64,000 nt of DNA, from positions 251,926 through 315,925 of the forward strand of contig JBOEGS010000006.1 of NCBI GenBank assembly GCA_050633545.1. The letters run 5' to 3'. Of the stretch, positions 29,460-41,135 are shown piece by piece. Each line of letters opens with the position of its first letter. The stretch's first letter is position 1. The notes under the pieces are model-generated. The model was given only the letters and a program-made list of their open reading frames with translations, did not search any database and had not been told where the DNA came from. A program made the position numbers and the translations under genes. This stretch comes from Paracoccaceae bacterium (GTDB taxonomy: Bacteria; Pseudomonadota; Alphaproteobacteria; Rhodobacterales; Rhodobacteraceae).

Positions 29460-30053
29460 CTATGCGATGCTCTGCCAAAGGGTGAATTCATCGGCGCATT
29501 TGCGGCGCAGCTTCTCCTCGGTCTCCGCCGACAGGGCGAGCGGCATCGCGGGCGAGACGTTCTCGCGGCCCAATTCGATTTTCATCTCCAGTCGCTCCTC
29601 CAGAAAGGCCAGCAAAGCCGCCTGATTCTCATAGCGGAACAGATGGTCCACCTTGGTGCCATTGGGCTGCGGCTTGATGAAATTGACCTGCGATCCGATA
29701 TTTGCAAATTCGGGGCGGTTGCCCTTGCAATAGGCCTGCACAAACTCCTCAAAGCTGATCTCGGCGGTCGAGGTCGGTTTGCCGGCCAAGAACGGGCGGC
29801 GGCGGTAGCGATACCAACTGCCAAGCCAGTCAATCGGTTCGCGCACCACCGCCAGTGTTTCGATATCGGGCGAGACGAATTTCTCCAGCATGGGCCTGAA
29901 AAACCGGTTGTAACGGTAAAGCGGCGCATGTTTGAGCTCGGGCGGGTCGCTGACGATCTGCGAGGCATAGGGCGCGAGCGCGGTTTCAAAGGCCGTGGTG
30001 CCGGTCTTGGGCATGGATAGAAACACCAGCTTCGCTTTGGAAAAAATCAACAT
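29460..30053 (-). CDS. Sulfotransferase-fold protein
   Basis: FLSMPKTGTT (5'-PSB-like loop), VREP..WLGSWYRY (3'-PB-like) and FRYEN motifs. Confidence 0.7.
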   Translation of the reverse strand: MLIFSKAKLVFLSMPKTGTTAFETALAPYASQIVSDPPELKHAPLYRYNRFFRPMLEKFVSPDIETLAVVREPIDWLGSWYRYRRRPFLAGKPTSTAEISFEEFVQAYCKGNRPEFANIGSQVNFIKPQPNGTKVDHLFRYENQAALLAFLEERLEMKIELGRENVSPAMPLALSAETEEKLRRKCADEFTLWQSIA

Positions 30054-30084
30054 TTACCGATCCTTGCTCCCTGCGTGCGGCGGA

Positions 30085-30100
30085 TTAATCACTTGTAAAC
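30085..30100. promoter_or_regulatory. Possible CtrA box in the sulfotransferase/recA divergent region
   Basis: TTAA-TCACTTG-TAAAC, one mismatch. Confidence 0.4.
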
Positions 30101-30153
30101 TATCGCTTTGGCAAAGTGAAAAACAGAGTGGAATGAAAAATTTATGTTGAAAT

Positions 30154-30196
30154 GTTCCCATTTTGATCTCATGGTGGCGGAGAACAAGATCGGAAC
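30154..30196 (+). promoter_or_regulatory. LexA (SOS) boxes of recA
   Basis: GAAC-AAGATCG-GAAC at 30182-30196 (exact alphaproteobacterial GAAC-N7-GAAC) and GTTC-CCATTTT-GATC at 30154-30168. Confidence 0.85.
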
Positions 30197-30248
30197 ATAA
30201 TGTGACATTGCCGCGCGCGGCAGGTTATGGGATAAGGAATAAACTGAC

Positions 30249-31346
30249 ATGGCAACGGCAGATCTTTCAAAAATGGACAACAAAAAACAAGCGGACAAGC
30301 AAAAGGCGCTCGACAGCGCGCTGGCGCAAATCGAGCGCCAGTTTGGCAAGGGCTCGATCATGAAGCTCGGCGACGAAAACGCGGTGCAAGAGATCGAGGC
30401 CACCTCGACCGGCTCGCTGGGTCTTGATATCGCGCTTGGGATTGGCGGTTTGCCCAAGGGCCGGATCGTGGAAATCTACGGACCGGAAAGCTCGGGCAAA
30501 ACCACGCTGACGCTGCATTGTGTCGCCGAAGAGCAAAAGAAGGGCGGCGTTTGTGCCTTTGTAGATGCCGAGCACGCGCTTGATCCGCAATATGCCAAAC
30601 GCGTCGGCGTCAATATTGACGAACTTTTGATTTCGCAGCCCGACACGGGCGAGCAGGCGCTGGAGATTGTCGATACGCTTGTACGTTCGGGCGCGGTCAG
30701 CATGGTTGTTGTCGACTCGGTCGCGGCCTTGACCCCGAAAAGCGAGCTGGAAGGCGAGATGGGCGATAGCTCGGTCGGCGTCCATGCCCGCCTGATGAGC
30801 CAAGCGATGCGCAAATTGACCGGCTCGATCAGCCGTTCCAACTGCATGGTGATCTTTATCAACCAGATCCGGATGAAAATCGGCGTGATGTTCGGCAGCC
30901 CCGAAACCACCACTGGCGGCAACGCGCTGAAATTCTATTCCTCTGTGCGCCTCGACATTCGCCGGATCGGCTCGCTCAAGGACCGCGATGAGGTGGTCGG
31001 CAATGCGACACGTGTGAAGGTCGTGAAGAACAAGGTGGCGCCGCCCTTTAAACAGGTGGAATTCGACATCATGTATGGCGAAGGCATCTCGAAAACCGGC
31101 GAACTGTTGGACCTTGGCGTCAAAGCAGGTGTCGTGGATAAATCGGGAAGCTGGTATTCCTACGGCGACGAGCGGATCGGTCAGGGCCGCGAAAACGCCA
31201 AGACCTTCCTCAAGGAAAACGGCCCTATGGCGATGGAAATCGAAGACAAAATCCGGGCAGCGCACGGGCTTGATTTCGATATGACGTCCGATGGTGCCGA
31301 GGCGAGTGATGATGGTGATGGCGCGGATGATATTTTCGAGTCGTGA
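30249..31346 (+). CDS. recA: Recombinase A
   Basis: [22 protein letters not shown] and [29 protein letters not shown] motifs. Confidence 0.99.
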   Translation: MATADLSKMDNKKQADKQKALDSALAQIERQFGKGSIMKLGDENAVQEIEATSTGSLGLDIALGIGGLPKGRIVEIYGPESSGKTTLTLHCVAEEQKKGGVCAFVDAEHALDPQYAKRVGVNIDELLISQPDTGEQALEIVDTLVRSGAVSMVVVDSVAALTPKSELEGEMGDSSVGVHARLMSQAMRKLTGSISRSNCMVIFINQIRMKIGVMFGSPETTTGGNALKFYSSVRLDIRRIGSLKDRDEVVGNATRVKVVKNKVAPPFKQVEFDIMYGEGISKTGELLDLGVKAGVVDKSGSWYSYGDERIGQGRENAKTFLKENGPMAMEIEDKIRAAHGLDFDMTSDGAEASDDGDGADDIFES

Positions 31347-31371
31347 TGTCTCCTCGAGTTTATGAAAAAGC

Positions 31372-31397
31372 AGGGCCGCCTTTCGAGGCGGCCTTTT
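31372..31397 (+). terminator. Terminator after recA
   Basis: agggccgcct-ttcg-aggcggcctttt. Confidence 0.8.
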
Positions 31398-31493
31398 CGT
31401 TGAGCGCCCTTATGCGGCGCACTGTTGCGGTGGACACGGCGGGCAGGGGCAGATAAATCATGCCAGACCCAAGAATTTGCCGGAAAGAACCAC

Positions 31494-34136
31494 ATGGCCT
31501 CGCTCAACGACATTCGTTCGACCTTCCTCGATTATTTCGCCCGCCAAGGCCATCAAGTCGTGGACAGCTCCCCCTTGGTGCCGCGCAACGATCCGACGCT
31601 GATGTTTACCAATTCGGGCATGGTGCAGTTCAAAAACTGTTTCACCGGCGTTGAAAAGCGTGACTATGACCGCGCGACATCCTCGCAAAAATGTGTGCGC
31701 GCAGGCGGTAAACACAATGATCTCGACAATGTCGGCTATACTGCACGCCATCACACGTTCTTCGAGATGCTCGGCAACTTCAGCTTTGGCGACTATTTCA
31801 AAACCGAGGCGATCCCTTTTGCTTGGGAATTGCTGACCAAGGATTTCGGCATCGACAAGAACCGGCTTTTGACAACGGTTTACCACACAGATGACGAAGC
31901 CTTTGAAATCTGGAAGAAACTAGGCGTCCCCGAAAACCGGATTATCCGCATCGCCACCAATGACAACTTTTGGCAGATGGGGCCGACAGGGCCGTGCGGG
32001 CCATGCTCGGAGATTTTCTACGACCACGGCGATCACATCTGGGGCGGCCCTCCGGGATCGGCCGAAGAGGATGGTGACCGTTTCATCGAAATCTGGAACG
32101 TGGTTTTCATGCAAAACGAGCAATTCGAGGACGGCTCGATGCGCGCGCTCGATATGCAATCGATCGACACCGGCATGGGGCTGGAGCGGATCGGTGCGCT
32201 ATTGCAAGGCAAACATGACAATTACGACACCGATTTGATGCGCGCGCTCATCGAGGCCTCGGCCCATGCCACCAGCCAAGACCCCGACGGACCTGGCAAT
32301 GTGCACCACCGCGTGATCGCCGATCACCTGCGCTCGACCTCTTTCCTGATCGCCGACGGGGTGATGCCGTCCAACGAGGGGCGCGGTTATGTTCTGCGCC
32401 GGATCATGCGCCGCGCGATGCGTCATGCGCATTTGCTGGGGGCCAAGGATCCGGTCATGCACCGTTTGGTGCCTGCGCTGGTCAATCAGATGGGCGGGCA
32501 TTACACCGAGCTGCGCCAAGCGCAAAGCCTGATCGAAGAGACGCTCAAGCTCGAAGAAACCCGTTTCAAACAAACACTTGATCGCGGCCTGCGGCTTTTG
32601 GATGACGAATTGGCGGGCCTGCCCGAAGGTGTACCTTTGCCAGGTGAAGCGGCCTTCAAGCTCTACGACACCTATGGTTTCCCGCTCGATCTGACGCAAG
32701 ACGCGCTGCGCGAGAAGGGCCGCGAGGTTGATACCGAAGGGTTCGACGCCTCGATGGAGGAGCAACGCGCCAAGGCGCGCGCAGCGTGGTCCGGTTCTGG
32801 CGAAGCCGCCGATGCCGAGATCTGGTTTGATATCGCACGCGAAAGCGGCACCACCGAATTCCTCGGTTATGACACCGAAAGCGCCGAGGGACAGATCGTG
32901 GCTTTGGTCAAGGACGGCGCGGCGGCCGGATCGGCCAAGGCGGGCGAGAGCGTGCAAATCGCCGTGAACCAGACGCCGTTTTACGCCGAAAGCGGCGGGC
33001 AGGTCGGCGATACAGGTGTTTTGCGCACCGACAAAGGCGTGGCCAAAATCACCGACACTCGCAAATCGGCGGATGTGTTTATCCATTTCGCCGAAGTGGT
33101 CGAGGGCGAGATTTCCACTGGCGAGGGCGCACGGCTTTTGGTTGACCACGAGCGGCGCAGTGCCATTCGCGCCAATCATTCGGCCACGCATTTGCTTCAT
33201 GAGGCGCTGCGCGAAACGCTTGGCACCCATGTGGCGCAGCGCGGCTCGCTCAACGCCGAGGATCGTTTGCGGTTTGATTTTTCCCATAACGCACCGGTTA
33301 GCGAGGCGGAACTGGTCAAAATCGGTGCGGATGTGAATGATTACATCCGCCAGAATACGGCGGTTGAAACCCGCATAATGACGCCTGATGACGCGCGCGA
33401 ATTGGGCGCGCAGGCTCTGTTCGGCGAGAAATACGGCGACGAGGTTCGCGTCGTATCCATGGGCCGTGCCAACACTGGTAAGGGCTTGGACGGAAACACT
33501 TATTCTTTGGAGCTTTGCGGCGGCACCCATGTCAAGCAGACCGGCGATATCGGCCTATGCGTGATCATCGCGGAAGGCGCGTCGAGCGCGGGGGTGCGCC
33601 GGATCGAGGCGCTGACCGGACAGGCGGCTTTTGCCTATTTGCAAGACGAGGCAAGCCGTATTGCCGCGCTGTCAAGCATGCTCAAAACCCAGCCGGCGAT
33701 GATCGTCGAGCGGGTGCAGGGTCTGCTCGACGAACGCAAGGCGCTGAGCAATGAGGTGGCGCAATTACGCCGCGAGTTGGCGATGGCGGGCGGCGCGGAT
33801 GTCGAGGTCAAGGACATCGGCGGCGTGAAACTGGTGGCGCAGGTGCTGCAAGGCGTGACCGGCAAGGACCTTCCGGCGCTGATCGCGGAGCATAAGGCCA
33901 AGCTTGGATCGGGCGCGGTATTGCTCATCGCGGATGGCGACAAGGTGGCCGTGGCCGCGGGCGTCACCGTTGATTTGACCGACCGCCTTTCGGCGGTGGA
34001 TATGGTGCAGGCCGCTGTGCCGGAGTTGGGCGGGAAGGGCGGCGGTGGCCGCCCCGATATGGCCCAAGGCGGCGCGAAAGACGCCAGCAATGCCGAGGCC
34101 GCCATCGCGGCGGTCGAAGCCCTGATCAAAGGATAG
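31494..34136 (+). CDS. alaS: Alanyl-tRNA synthetase
   Basis: [44 protein letters not shown] and GGKGGGRP motifs. Confidence 0.98.
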   Translation: MASLNDIRSTFLDYFARQGHQVVDSSPLVPRNDPTLMFTNSGMVQFKNCFTGVEKRDYDRATSSQKCVRAGGKHNDLDNVGYTARHHTFFEMLGNFSFGDYFKTEAIPFAWELLTKDFGIDKNRLLTTVYHTDDEAFEIWKKLGVPENRIIRIATNDNFWQMGPTGPCGPCSEIFYDHGDHIWGGPPGSAEEDGDRFIEIWNVVFMQNEQFEDGSMRALDMQSIDTGMGLERIGALLQGKHDNYDTDLMRALIEASAHATSQDPDGPGNVHHRVIADHLRSTSFLIADGVMPSNEGRGYVLRRIMRRAMRHAHLLGAKDPVMHRLVPALVNQMGGHYTELRQAQSLIEETLKLEETRFKQTLDRGLRLLDDELAGLPEGVPLPGEAAFKLYDTYGFPLDLTQDALREKGREVDTEGFDASMEEQRAKARAAWSGSGEAADAEIWFDIARESGTTEFLGYDTESAEGQIVALVKDGAAAGSAKAGESVQIAVNQTPFYAESGGQVGDTGVLRTDKGVAKITDTRKSADVFIHFAEVVEGEISTGEGARLLVDHERRSAIRANHSATHLLHEALRETLGTHVAQRGSLNAEDRLRFDFSHNAPVSEAELVKIGADVNDYIRQNTAVETRIMTPDDARELGAQALFGEKYGDEVRVVSMGRANTGKGLDGNTYSLELCGGTHVKQTGDIGLCVIIAEGASSAGVRRIEALTGQAAFAYLQDEASRIAALSSMLKTQPAMIVERVQGLLDERKALSNEVAQLRRELAMAGGADVEVKDIGGVKLVAQVLQGVTGKDLPALIAEHKAKLGSGAVLLIADGDKVAVAAGVTVDLTDRLSAVDMVQAAVPELGGKGGGGRPDMAQGGAKDASNAEAAIAAVEALIKG

Positions 34137-34139
34137 ACA

Positions 34140-34427
34140 ATGACCGCTTTATGGATTGCCCACGTCACGGTGACAGACCCCGAGGCCTATGCCAAATACG
34201 CCGAATTGGCCGGCCCCGCGATTGCCGCCCATGGCGGCGTCTTCATCGCGCGCGGCGCAAGGTTTGTGCAGCTCGAAGGCAAGGAGCGCCCGCGCAATGT
34301 CGTGGCGCGCTTCCCCTCACTCGAGGATGCGGAAAAATGTTATCATTCAGATGCTTATCAGGCGGCGTTAAACTATGCGCGCGGCGCGTCCGAGCGCGAA
34401 TTGATGGTTGTCGAGGTCAGCGAATAG
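34140..34427 (+). CDS. DUF1330 family protein
   Basis: DPEAYAKY...HGG.FIARG...LEG...FPS...YHSDAYQ pattern. Confidence 0.88.
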   Translation: MTALWIAHVTVTDPEAYAKYAELAGPAIAAHGGVFIARGARFVQLEGKERPRNVVARFPSLEDAEKCYHSDAYQAALNYARGASERELMVVEVSE

Positions 34428-34465
34428 CGGCGCCAAGCCCCGCAGTAATGCAAGACCCGTGATGC

Positions 34466-34495
34466 AAAACGGGGGCCGATTGGCCCCCGTTTTTT
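34466..34495. terminator. Bidirectional terminator between DUF1330 and typA
   Basis: aaaacgggggcc-gatt-ggcccccgtttttt. Confidence 0.85.
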
Positions 34496-34510
34496 GTTGT
34501 GTCACTGGCC

Positions 34511-36334
34511 TTATTGGCCCGAAGATTTCGCGTGGCGCTTGCGCTCGTGCGGGTCAAGGTAGCGTTTGCGCATCCGGATCGAATTGGGCGTCACTTCGAC
34601 CAACTCATCATTGTCGATATAGGCAATCGCCTCTTCGAGGGACAAGGTGATCGGAGTGGTCAAACGGACCGCTTCGTCGGTGCCGGAGGCCCGCACGTTG
34701 GTCAGCTTTTTACCCTTCAGCGGGTTCACTTCGAGATCGTTTTCGCGGCTGTGCTCGCCGATGATCATACCGGTGTAGATGTCGGCTTGGGCGCCGATGA
34801 ACATCTTGCCGCGATCTTCGAGGTTCCACAGAGCGTAAGCAACCGATTGGCCGTTTTCCATCGAGATCAGAACACCCGCACGGCGACCCGGGATCGGGCC
34901 TTTGTGCGGCGCCCACGAATGGAACACACGGTTGAGAACGCCGGTGCCGCGCGTGTCGGTCAAGAATTCGCCGTGATAGCCGATCAAACCGCGCGAGGGC
35001 ACATGGGCCACGATGCGGGTTTTACCGGCGTTTTGCTTCATCTCGACCAGATCGCCTTTGCGTGCGCCTGTCAGTTTCTCGATCACCGCGCCGGAATATT
35101 CGTCATCCACATCGACGGTGACTTCTTCGATCGGCTCCAGACGCTCGCCGTTTTCGCCTTCTTGGAACAGAACCTGCGGGCGCGAGATCGACAGTTCAAA
35201 GCCTTCGCGGCGCATGTTCTCGATCAAGACGCCCATCTGCAATTCGCCGCGGCCGGCCACTTCGAAGGCTTCACCGCCGGGGGTGTCGGAGATTTTGATC
35301 GCGACGTTGGATTCGGCTTCTTTCATCAAACGGTCACGGATGACGCGCGATTGCACCTTTTTGCCATCGCGGCCCGCCAGCGGGCTGTCGTTGATGCCAA
35401 AGGTCACCGTGATGGTGGGCGGATCGATCGGTTGCGCGGGCAGGGGCGTGTTCACCGACGGGTCGAGCAGGCTGTCGGCCACGGTGGCTTTGGTCATGCC
35501 CGCGATCGACACGATGTCGCCCGCTTCGGCCACATCGATCGGTTGCTGCGAAAGCCCGCGGAAAGCGAGGATTTTGGTCGCGCGGAAGTTTTCGATCAGC
35601 TTGCCATCGCGGCTGACCGCTTTGAGGCTGTCACCTGCTTTAAGCGTGCCGCTTTCGACACGGCCGGTGAGCAGACGGCCGATAAACGGGTCCGCGCCAA
35701 GGGTCGTGGCCAACATGGTAAAGGGCTCGTCGCGGCGCGCCAATTGCGCCGGTGCGGGCACATGTTTGAGAACCATGTCGAACAGCGCAGTCAAATCCTT
35801 GCGCGGCCCGTCCAATTCCATATCGGCCCAACCATTGCGGCCCGAGGCATACATATGGGGGAAATCAAGCTGTTCGTCATTGGCCCCGAGCGAGGCAAAG
35901 AGATCAAAGCATTCGTCGAGCGCACGGTCGGGTTCGGCGTCGGGCTTGTCGACCTTGTTGAGCACGACAATCGGGCGCAGACCCAGCGCAAGCGCCTTGG
36001 AGGTCACGAATTTGGTTTGCGGCATCGGACCTTCGGCGGCATCGACCAAGAGGACAACACCGTCCACCATCGACAAAATCCGCTCCACCTCGCCGCCGAA
36101 ATCGGCGTGGCCAGGGGTGTCGACGATGTTGATGCGGTGACCGTCCCACTCGACCGATGTCGCCTTGGCCAGAATGGTGATCCCGCGCTCGCGCTCGAGA
36201 TCATTGCTGTCCATCGCCCGTTCGGTCGTGGCTTGGTTCTCGCGGTAGACACCGGATTGTTTCAACAGTTCGTCCACGAGCGTGGTTTTGCCGTGGTCAA
36301 CGTGGGCGATAATGGCAATATTGCGCAGGTCCAT
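34511..36334 (-). CDS. typA: Translational GTPase TypA/BipA
   Basis: [36 protein letters not shown] and [10 protein letters not shown] motifs. Confidence 0.98.
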   Translation of the reverse strand: MDLRNIAIIAHVDHGKTTLVDELLKQSGVYRENQATTERAMDSNDLERERGITILAKATSVEWDGHRINIVDTPGHADFGGEVERILSMVDGVVLLVDAAEGPMPQTKFVTSKALALGLRPIVVLNKVDKPDAEPDRALDECFDLFASLGANDEQLDFPHMYASGRNGWADMELDGPRKDLTALFDMVLKHVPAPAQLARRDEPFTMLATTLGADPFIGRLLTGRVESGTLKAGDSLKAVSRDGKLIENFRATKILAFRGLSQQPIDVAEAGDIVSIAGMTKATVADSLLDPSVNTPLPAQPIDPPTITVTFGINDSPLAGRDGKKVQSRVIRDRLMKEAESNVAIKISDTPGGEAFEVAGRGELQMGVLIENMRREGFELSISRPQVLFQEGENGERLEPIEEVTVDVDDEYSGAVIEKLTGARKGDLVEMKQNAGKTRIVAHVPSRGLIGYHGEFLTDTRGTGVLNRVFHSWAPHKGPIPGRRAGVLISMENGQSVAYALWNLEDRGKMFIGAQADIYTGMIIGEHSRENDLEVNPLKGKKLTNVRASGTDEAVRLTTPITLSLEEAIAYIDNDELVEVTPNSIRMRKRYLDPHERKRHAKSSGQ

Positions 36335-36417
36335 GGGGGGTCCTTTGGTTGTTCGCTGAGCCGCGTATACTGCATCCGCAGAAAAAACCAGAGGGAAAGG
36401 CGCGAAAGCGCCCAAAT

Positions 36418-37395
36418 TCACGCAGCGTGCTTAAGATGGGCCCTGATCCGGCCCAAAACACCACTGGGCGCGGAGTAAAGCATGGTCGGACCAAGCGCAC
36501 GCGGGCGCGCGCCCGCGCCAAGTTTGAAGCGCGCCAGCCCTGCGGTGGCTTGGGTGTCGAGCGTGCCCAGATCAAAGCGCCGCACGCCCTTGCGCGCCAG
36601 CCAGTTGGAGGCTTGCCACAACAGAAGGTTATGCGCCGATGCGGATTTGCCCTCAGTGCTGCTCCACCCGATGTGATAGCTCGCTGCCGCGCCATGGCGC
36701 AGGACCAGCATCGCGGCGATGACCTCGCCCCTTCGTTCGGCCAAAAACAGGCGCGTCAGCTCCGTGGGGTAATGGGCGGCAAAGTTCGCGGGCAGGGCGC
36801 GGTATCCTTTGGCCTCTTGTTGCAAGGTCTCGGCGGCCAAAAGCCAACCGTCGCGCGCGCTGTTCAGAGGGCGATGGGTGATATGTAAATCTTGTCCCTG
36901 CGCATGGCGCAGACGGTTGCGCCATTTCCCGCTTTGCTGTGCAAGGCGGATGTCTTGATCGTTATTGAGGTCGATTTCGGCAACATGTTGGGGCGTTATG
37001 ATGGGCAGGTAGCCGATGCGCGACAAACCCATGGCGGCTTCTTCGGCCTCGGCGTTGCAGATCCACAGGCGGCAGGCGGCGCCTTCGTTGTGCAGGCTGC
37101 GCGGCAATGCGCGCAAGGCCATTGCAACGGTTTCACGCGCGGGCGCGCCGCACCAAACCGGCCCGCGCGGCATATATCCCACCATGCCCGCGAGTGGAAA
37201 ATGGCGCAGCATGACTTGCGCGCGCGCGATGACCGTGCCGTTCTCTCGGATCAATGCGGCACGTATGTCCTCTGCGCCTTGGCCTATTCCACGGCCTAAG
37301 GCGGCAGCATAGGCGGGGTGTTGTTGCAACGGGGGCAGCGCCGCGCCGGAGGGCATGGCGCAGCGGCGTGCAGGGTGCCATTCAATCTCGATCAT
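36418..37395 (-). CDS. FemAB-like GNAT family protein
   Basis: LQQHPAY, RGPVW, KWRNRLR, YHIGWS, HNLLLWQA and GLARFKLG motifs resemble FemABX/GNAT folds. Confidence 0.75.
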   Translation of the reverse strand: MIEIEWHPARRCAMPSGAALPPLQQHPAYAAALGRGIGQGAEDIRAALIRENGTVIARAQVMLRHFPLAGMVGYMPRGPVWCGAPARETVAMALRALPRSLHNEGAACRLWICNAEAEEAAMGLSRIGYLPIITPQHVAEIDLNNDQDIRLAQQSGKWRNRLRHAQGQDLHITHRPLNSARDGWLLAAETLQQEAKGYRALPANFAAHYPTELTRLFLAERRGEVIAAMLVLRHGAAASYHIGWSSTEGKSASAHNLLLWQASNWLARKGVRRFDLGTLDTQATAGLARFKLGAGARPRALGPTMLYSAPSGVLGRIRAHLKHAA

Positions 37396-37441
37396 TGTCT
37401 CTCCGCTCGCGGGGGCTGGACCGAGTTAAGACTTTGAAAAC

Positions 37442-37456
37442 CTAAAACGTGGTTAA
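37442..37456 (-). promoter_or_regulatory. Putative CtrA box between the GNAT gene and a small ORF
   Basis: Minus strand TTAA-CCACGTT-TTAG (includes a TTAACCA half-site); another TTAA at about 37426. Confidence 0.5.
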
Positions 37457-37491
37457 TTGCGTTTATGAAACACAAACAGTCGCCATATGTG

Positions 37492-37602
37492 ATGAACCAC
37501 AGCGCGCCCAGCCCGCGGCTGACCCCATGGGCGGCGCTTTTGGTGGCTTGCGCCTTGTCGGTGCCCTTTGCATGCGCCGCGTTTCTTTCGCTGTTGTTTT
37601 AG
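37492..37602 (+). CDS. Putative 36-aa membrane peptide (45 aa from ATG 37465)
   Basis: MNHSAPSPRLTPWAALLVACALSVPFACAAFLSLLF*: one hydrophobic helix, ends just before the ssb hairpin; no clear RBS. Confidence 0.4.
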   Translation: MNHSAPSPRLTPWAALLVACALSVPFACAAFLSLLF

Positions 37603-37609
37603 GTCAATG

Positions 37610-37639
37610 AAAAATGGCCACCCAAAAGAGCGGCCATTT
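37610..37639 (-). terminator. Terminator after ssb
   Basis: aaaaatggccac-ccaaaaga-gcggccattt hairpin, T run on the minus strand. Confidence 0.65.
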
Positions 37640-37667
37640 CCAAAAATAGTGTGATTTCCGTGCGCCT

Positions 37668-38168
37668 TTAGAAGGGAATTTCGTCGTCAATGTCGCGCGA
37701 GGGCGCGCCGCCGCCGAAATCTCCGCCGCCCGACGACGACGACGAGGATCCGCCGCCGTAATCACCGCCCGAGGAGCCACCGTAATTGCCGCCGCCTTGG
37801 CCGCCGCCGCCTTCGCCGCGCCCGTCAAGCATGGTCAACACGCCGTCGAAACCTTGCAACACGACTTCGGTCGAATAGCGGTCCGCGCCCGATTGGTCCT
37901 GCCATTTGCGGGTTTGCAGTTTGCCTTCGATGTAGACCTTGGAGCCTTTGCGCAAATATTGCTCGGCAATGCGGACCAGACCCTCTTGGAAAATCGCAAC
38001 GCTGTGCCACTCGGTGCGCTCTTTGCGTTCGCCGGTGTTTTTGTCCTTCCACGTCTCGGAGGTTGCGATGCGCAGGTTGCAGACCTTGCCGCCGTTGCTA
38101 AAGGTGCGCACCTCGGGGTCGCGCCCCAAATTGCCGATGAGAATTACCTTGTTAACCGAACCGGCCAT
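37668..38168 (-). CDS. ssb: Single-stranded DNA-binding protein
   Basis: [16 protein letters not shown], Gly-rich linker, DDEIPF tail. Confidence 0.98.
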   Translation of the reverse strand: MAGSVNKVILIGNLGRDPEVRTFSNGGKVCNLRIATSETWKDKNTGERKERTEWHSVAIFQEGLVRIAEQYLRKGSKVYIEGKLQTRKWQDQSGADRYSTEVVLQGFDGVLTMLDGRGEGGGGQGGGNYGGSSGGDYGGGSSSSSSGGGDFGGGAPSRDIDDEIPF

Positions 38169-38514
38169 TGTGAGCCTCCCGCTGAATCTTGTTCGTCTTT
38201 GAGGGTAGGTTACACCATCTTGGGGCGGGCGCGGCAATGCCGAATTTGCGCTCGGGCCCGTCCATCAAGGCATTTGAAGCGCGAATCGGACGGTGCAAAG
38301 CGGCGCCGCGCCCGATTGCTGCGCGGCGCTCATGGCCTCTGTGCGCGACCGGGGCGGTCAAGATCAGCGGTTTCTTGCCGTTTTCGTTAAGCTGCACGGG
38401 AAAAACCGGAAGCAAAGGGTTCAAAACCAAAGGCGGCGGCGTTAACTTGCGGGCCAATATGGAGCGCCATGGCCTAAGGGCCGAGCGCTTCGCGGTTAGG
38501 GAATGGGGACAAAA

Positions 38515-39117
38515 ATGCGCAACCTGAGTGTGGCTGCCGCGCTTGTCGCGATGGGGGCAATGGGCCTCACGGCTTTGCCGCAAATGGCGCAGGCAGATAT
38601 GTTCTCGACCCGTTCCAGCACGCATGTTTTTTCGAAACAGACCCGCGTGCTCGACACCCGCGCCGCCAAGCAATATGCCAATTCGGTGAGCTTGCAGCCC
38701 AAAAGCGCAAGCATCCCAAGCAGATACGGATCGCCGGCCTATCGCGGCAAATATCGAGGACCGCTTTTGAGCGTGGCGCGCGATGCGGCGCGCAAACACG
38801 GGGTGCCCGAGGATTTGTTCTTGCGGCTGGTGCAGCAAGAATCAGGTTGGAAAGTGCGGGCGCGCTCGCATAAAGGCGCGCTCGGTTTGGCGCAGCTCAT
38901 GCCCGCCACGGCGGCGACATTGGGGGTAAACCCCCATGATCCGCAGCAAAACCTTGAAGGCGGCGCGCGCTATTTGAAGATGCAGTATCGCAAATTCGGA
39001 TCGTGGCGCTTGGCCTTGGCGGCCTATAACGCGGGTCCGGGGGCGGTGGAGAAATACGGCGGCGTGCCGCCCTACCGCGAGACGCGCAATTATGTGCGTA
39101 AAATCTGGGGCAGCTAA
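38515..39117 (+). CDS. Lytic transglycosylase (SLT domain), exported
   Basis: Signal peptide; [21 protein letters not shown] and ETRNYV motifs. Confidence 0.92.
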   Translation: MRNLSVAAALVAMGAMGLTALPQMAQADMFSTRSSTHVFSKQTRVLDTRAAKQYANSVSLQPKSASIPSRYGSPAYRGKYRGPLLSVARDAARKHGVPEDLFLRLVQQESGWKVRARSHKGALGLAQLMPATAATLGVNPHDPQQNLEGGARYLKMQYRKFGSWRLALAAYNAGPGAVEKYGGVPPYRETRNYVRKIWGS

Positions 39118-39162
39118 TCTTGCCGATTTTTTCCTTTTAAAACAGGGTTTTGCGGGCGAATC

Positions 39163-40020
39163 TTAAGCCGATGCGCGCGGCCTGTCTTGGGCGATTTTAC
39201 GCAGGGCACTGGGCGTGCGTCCGGTGTGATGCTGCACGAACCGCGTGAAATAGGCGGCGCTGCCAAATCCGAGTTCGGCGGCAATCGTCTGGATCGGCAG
39301 GGCGCCGCGCTCAAGCCGCTCGCGCGCGGCATGCAGCGTGCATTCGGTGATCAAATCGGCGGCGGTCTGTCCGGTCACCTGTTTGCAGCTGCGGGTCAAA
39401 TGCGTTGGCGTCACGCCAAGTGCGGCGGCGTAATCGGCCATGGGTTTGCCGCTTTGGTAATCGCGCGCCACCAGCGCGGTGAAGGCGCGGGTCAGGCGTT
39501 CTGCAGCGTTCTGGCGCGGCGCGTCCTCTTCGGCCAAAAGCGCGCGGCGCAGCCAGATCGACAGCAATCCGCCATGGGCGAGCATCGCCTCACCGGCAAA
39601 GGGGCGGGCGGCGTTTTGCTCGCGCGTCATCGCGTCCAAAATCGCCGTAAGCTCGCCTTGGGCCTGCGCATCGCGCAGCCGCAATATCATTGGCTCGTCC
39701 GGCAAGAGAACGCCGCTTTCTCTAGGAATTTCAACCGTTTGTGCGAAACCTTGCTTGCCGAACTCCACCGCCATCAAGGTGCGGGCAGGGATCACCAGAA
39801 GGTTATGCGCCCCAAGCCCGCGGCGCAGCCCGCCAAGCGTGCAAATCCCCTGACCGCGGGTGGTCCAGATCAGCAGATGCGCGCGGCGCGCATGGTGCAA
39901 TTCGAGCCGCCAAGGCGCACCAGCGGTCAGCTGCGCGAGGCTGTTGACCTTGGGCACCGGCATACGGGCCAGATCGGGATCGGAATAGGGCAGGTCTTGC
40001 GACACTTTGGATTCTCTCAT
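39163..40020 (-). CDS. AraC-family transcriptional regulator
   Basis: Cupin-like N-terminus; YAAALGVTPTHLTR and IAAELGFGSAAYFTRF HTH motifs. Confidence 0.9.
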   Translation of the reverse strand: MRESKVSQDLPYSDPDLARMPVPKVNSLAQLTAGAPWRLELHHARRAHLLIWTTRGQGICTLGGLRRGLGAHNLLVIPARTLMAVEFGKQGFAQTVEIPRESGVLLPDEPMILRLRDAQAQGELTAILDAMTREQNAARPFAGEAMLAHGGLLSIWLRRALLAEEDAPRQNAAERLTRAFTALVARDYQSGKPMADYAAALGVTPTHLTRSCKQVTGQTAADLITECTLHAARERLERGALPIQTIAAELGFGSAAYFTRFVQHHTGRTPSALRKIAQDRPRASA

Positions 40021-40084
40021 GGTCATTTTTTACATGTTTAGACGTGAAATGCGCCAGAACAGAGAGGAAAAATGTCCTATTAGG

Positions 40085-40984
40085 TCAATTATCAGCGGAA
40101 TCCGGCCGGTATCGGTGCCAATCGGCCATTTTTGACCGAAACCATGTCCTTTGGCGCTTGGCAAATTGGCGCGTGGCGATGGTGGCGGCCTCTCGCGCAT
40201 CCTCAAGCGAAACCTCGCCTTTGAGGTGGGCGATCAATTCGGGCGCGCCGATGGCTTTGCTGGAGGGACGGTCAAAATCCCAGCGGTCCAGATTGGCGCG
40301 GGCCTCACCCAAGGCGCCTTGGGCGAGCATGGCATCAAAACGGCGCGCGATCCGCGCGTTCAGCCAATCTTTGTCGACGTCAAACAGCACCGCCGCGCAA
40401 TCGGCGCGGGGCAAAAGCGGCGGCGGGGTGTTGTCTTGCCAGTTTGCAAAGCCGCGACCGGTATTTTGCAAAACCTCCCATGCGCGCTGCACCCGCATCG
40501 GGTTTTGCACGTCGATACGCGCGCGGGTTTGCGCGTCTAGCTCGGCCAGCATCGGTGCCAGACCTTCGGCGCGGATGCGGGCATTGGCAGCCTCGCGCAA
40601 GGCCTCGGGGGTGGGCGGAATATCGACAAGGCCGCGGGTGAGGGCGGTGAAATAGAGCCCCGTGCCGCCAGTGATAATCAGACGCGCGCCGCCCGCCAAG
40701 AGCGGGCCAAGATCGCGCAGCCAATGCCCCACAGAATAGGGCGTGTCATAGGCCACATGCCCATAAAGCGCATGGGGGGCTTCGGCCTCTTCCTCGGGCG
40801 ATGGGCGGGCCGAAAGCACCCGCCAGTTGTCATAGACCTGCAAGGCATCCGCATTGACGATGATCCCGCCTTGGCGCGCCGAAAGCGCGAGCGCCAGCGC
40901 CGATTTGCCCGACGCGGTCGGCCCCGCGATCAACACATGCTGTGCGGGGGAAATATCGGTGAAAGGATCGAAGCTGAGGGTCAT
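40085..40984 (-). CDS. miaA: tRNA dimethylallyltransferase
   Basis: [24 protein letters not shown] and [12 protein letters not shown] motifs. Confidence 0.97.
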   Translation of the reverse strand: MTLSFDPFTDISPAQHVLIAGPTASGKSALALALSARQGGIIVNADALQVYDNWRVLSARPSPEEEAEAPHALYGHVAYDTPYSVGHWLRDLGPLLAGGARLIITGGTGLYFTALTRGLVDIPPTPEALREAANARIRAEGLAPMLAELDAQTRARIDVQNPMRVQRAWEVLQNTGRGFANWQDNTPPPLLPRADCAAVLFDVDKDWLNARIARRFDAMLAQGALGEARANLDRWDFDRPSSKAIGAPELIAHLKGEVSLEDAREAATIATRQFAKRQRTWFRSKMADWHRYRPDSADN

Positions 40985-41135
40985 GGCGTCTCTTTAACGC
41001 GGCTTTGCGGGGTTTTCGAGGGGCAAGGCCGCGCGCAGGCCTCGCATCGATATTAGCGCATTGAACCTGACGCCGAATTACGACATTTTGCGCGCTAACA
41101 CGATCCCGCCTCAATATTGCTTTAGGAGCGCTGCG

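Noticed and set aside
38169-38514. LexA or CtrA sites in the ssb/lytic transglycosylase spacer
   Set aside because: Only isolated GTTC or TTAA(C) half-sites, with no correctly spaced pair.
40985-41135. rpsB-tsf absent upstream of pyrH
   Set aside because: The miaA/pyrH divergent arrangement appears to be the normal order in this lineage; no sign of a recent rearrangement.
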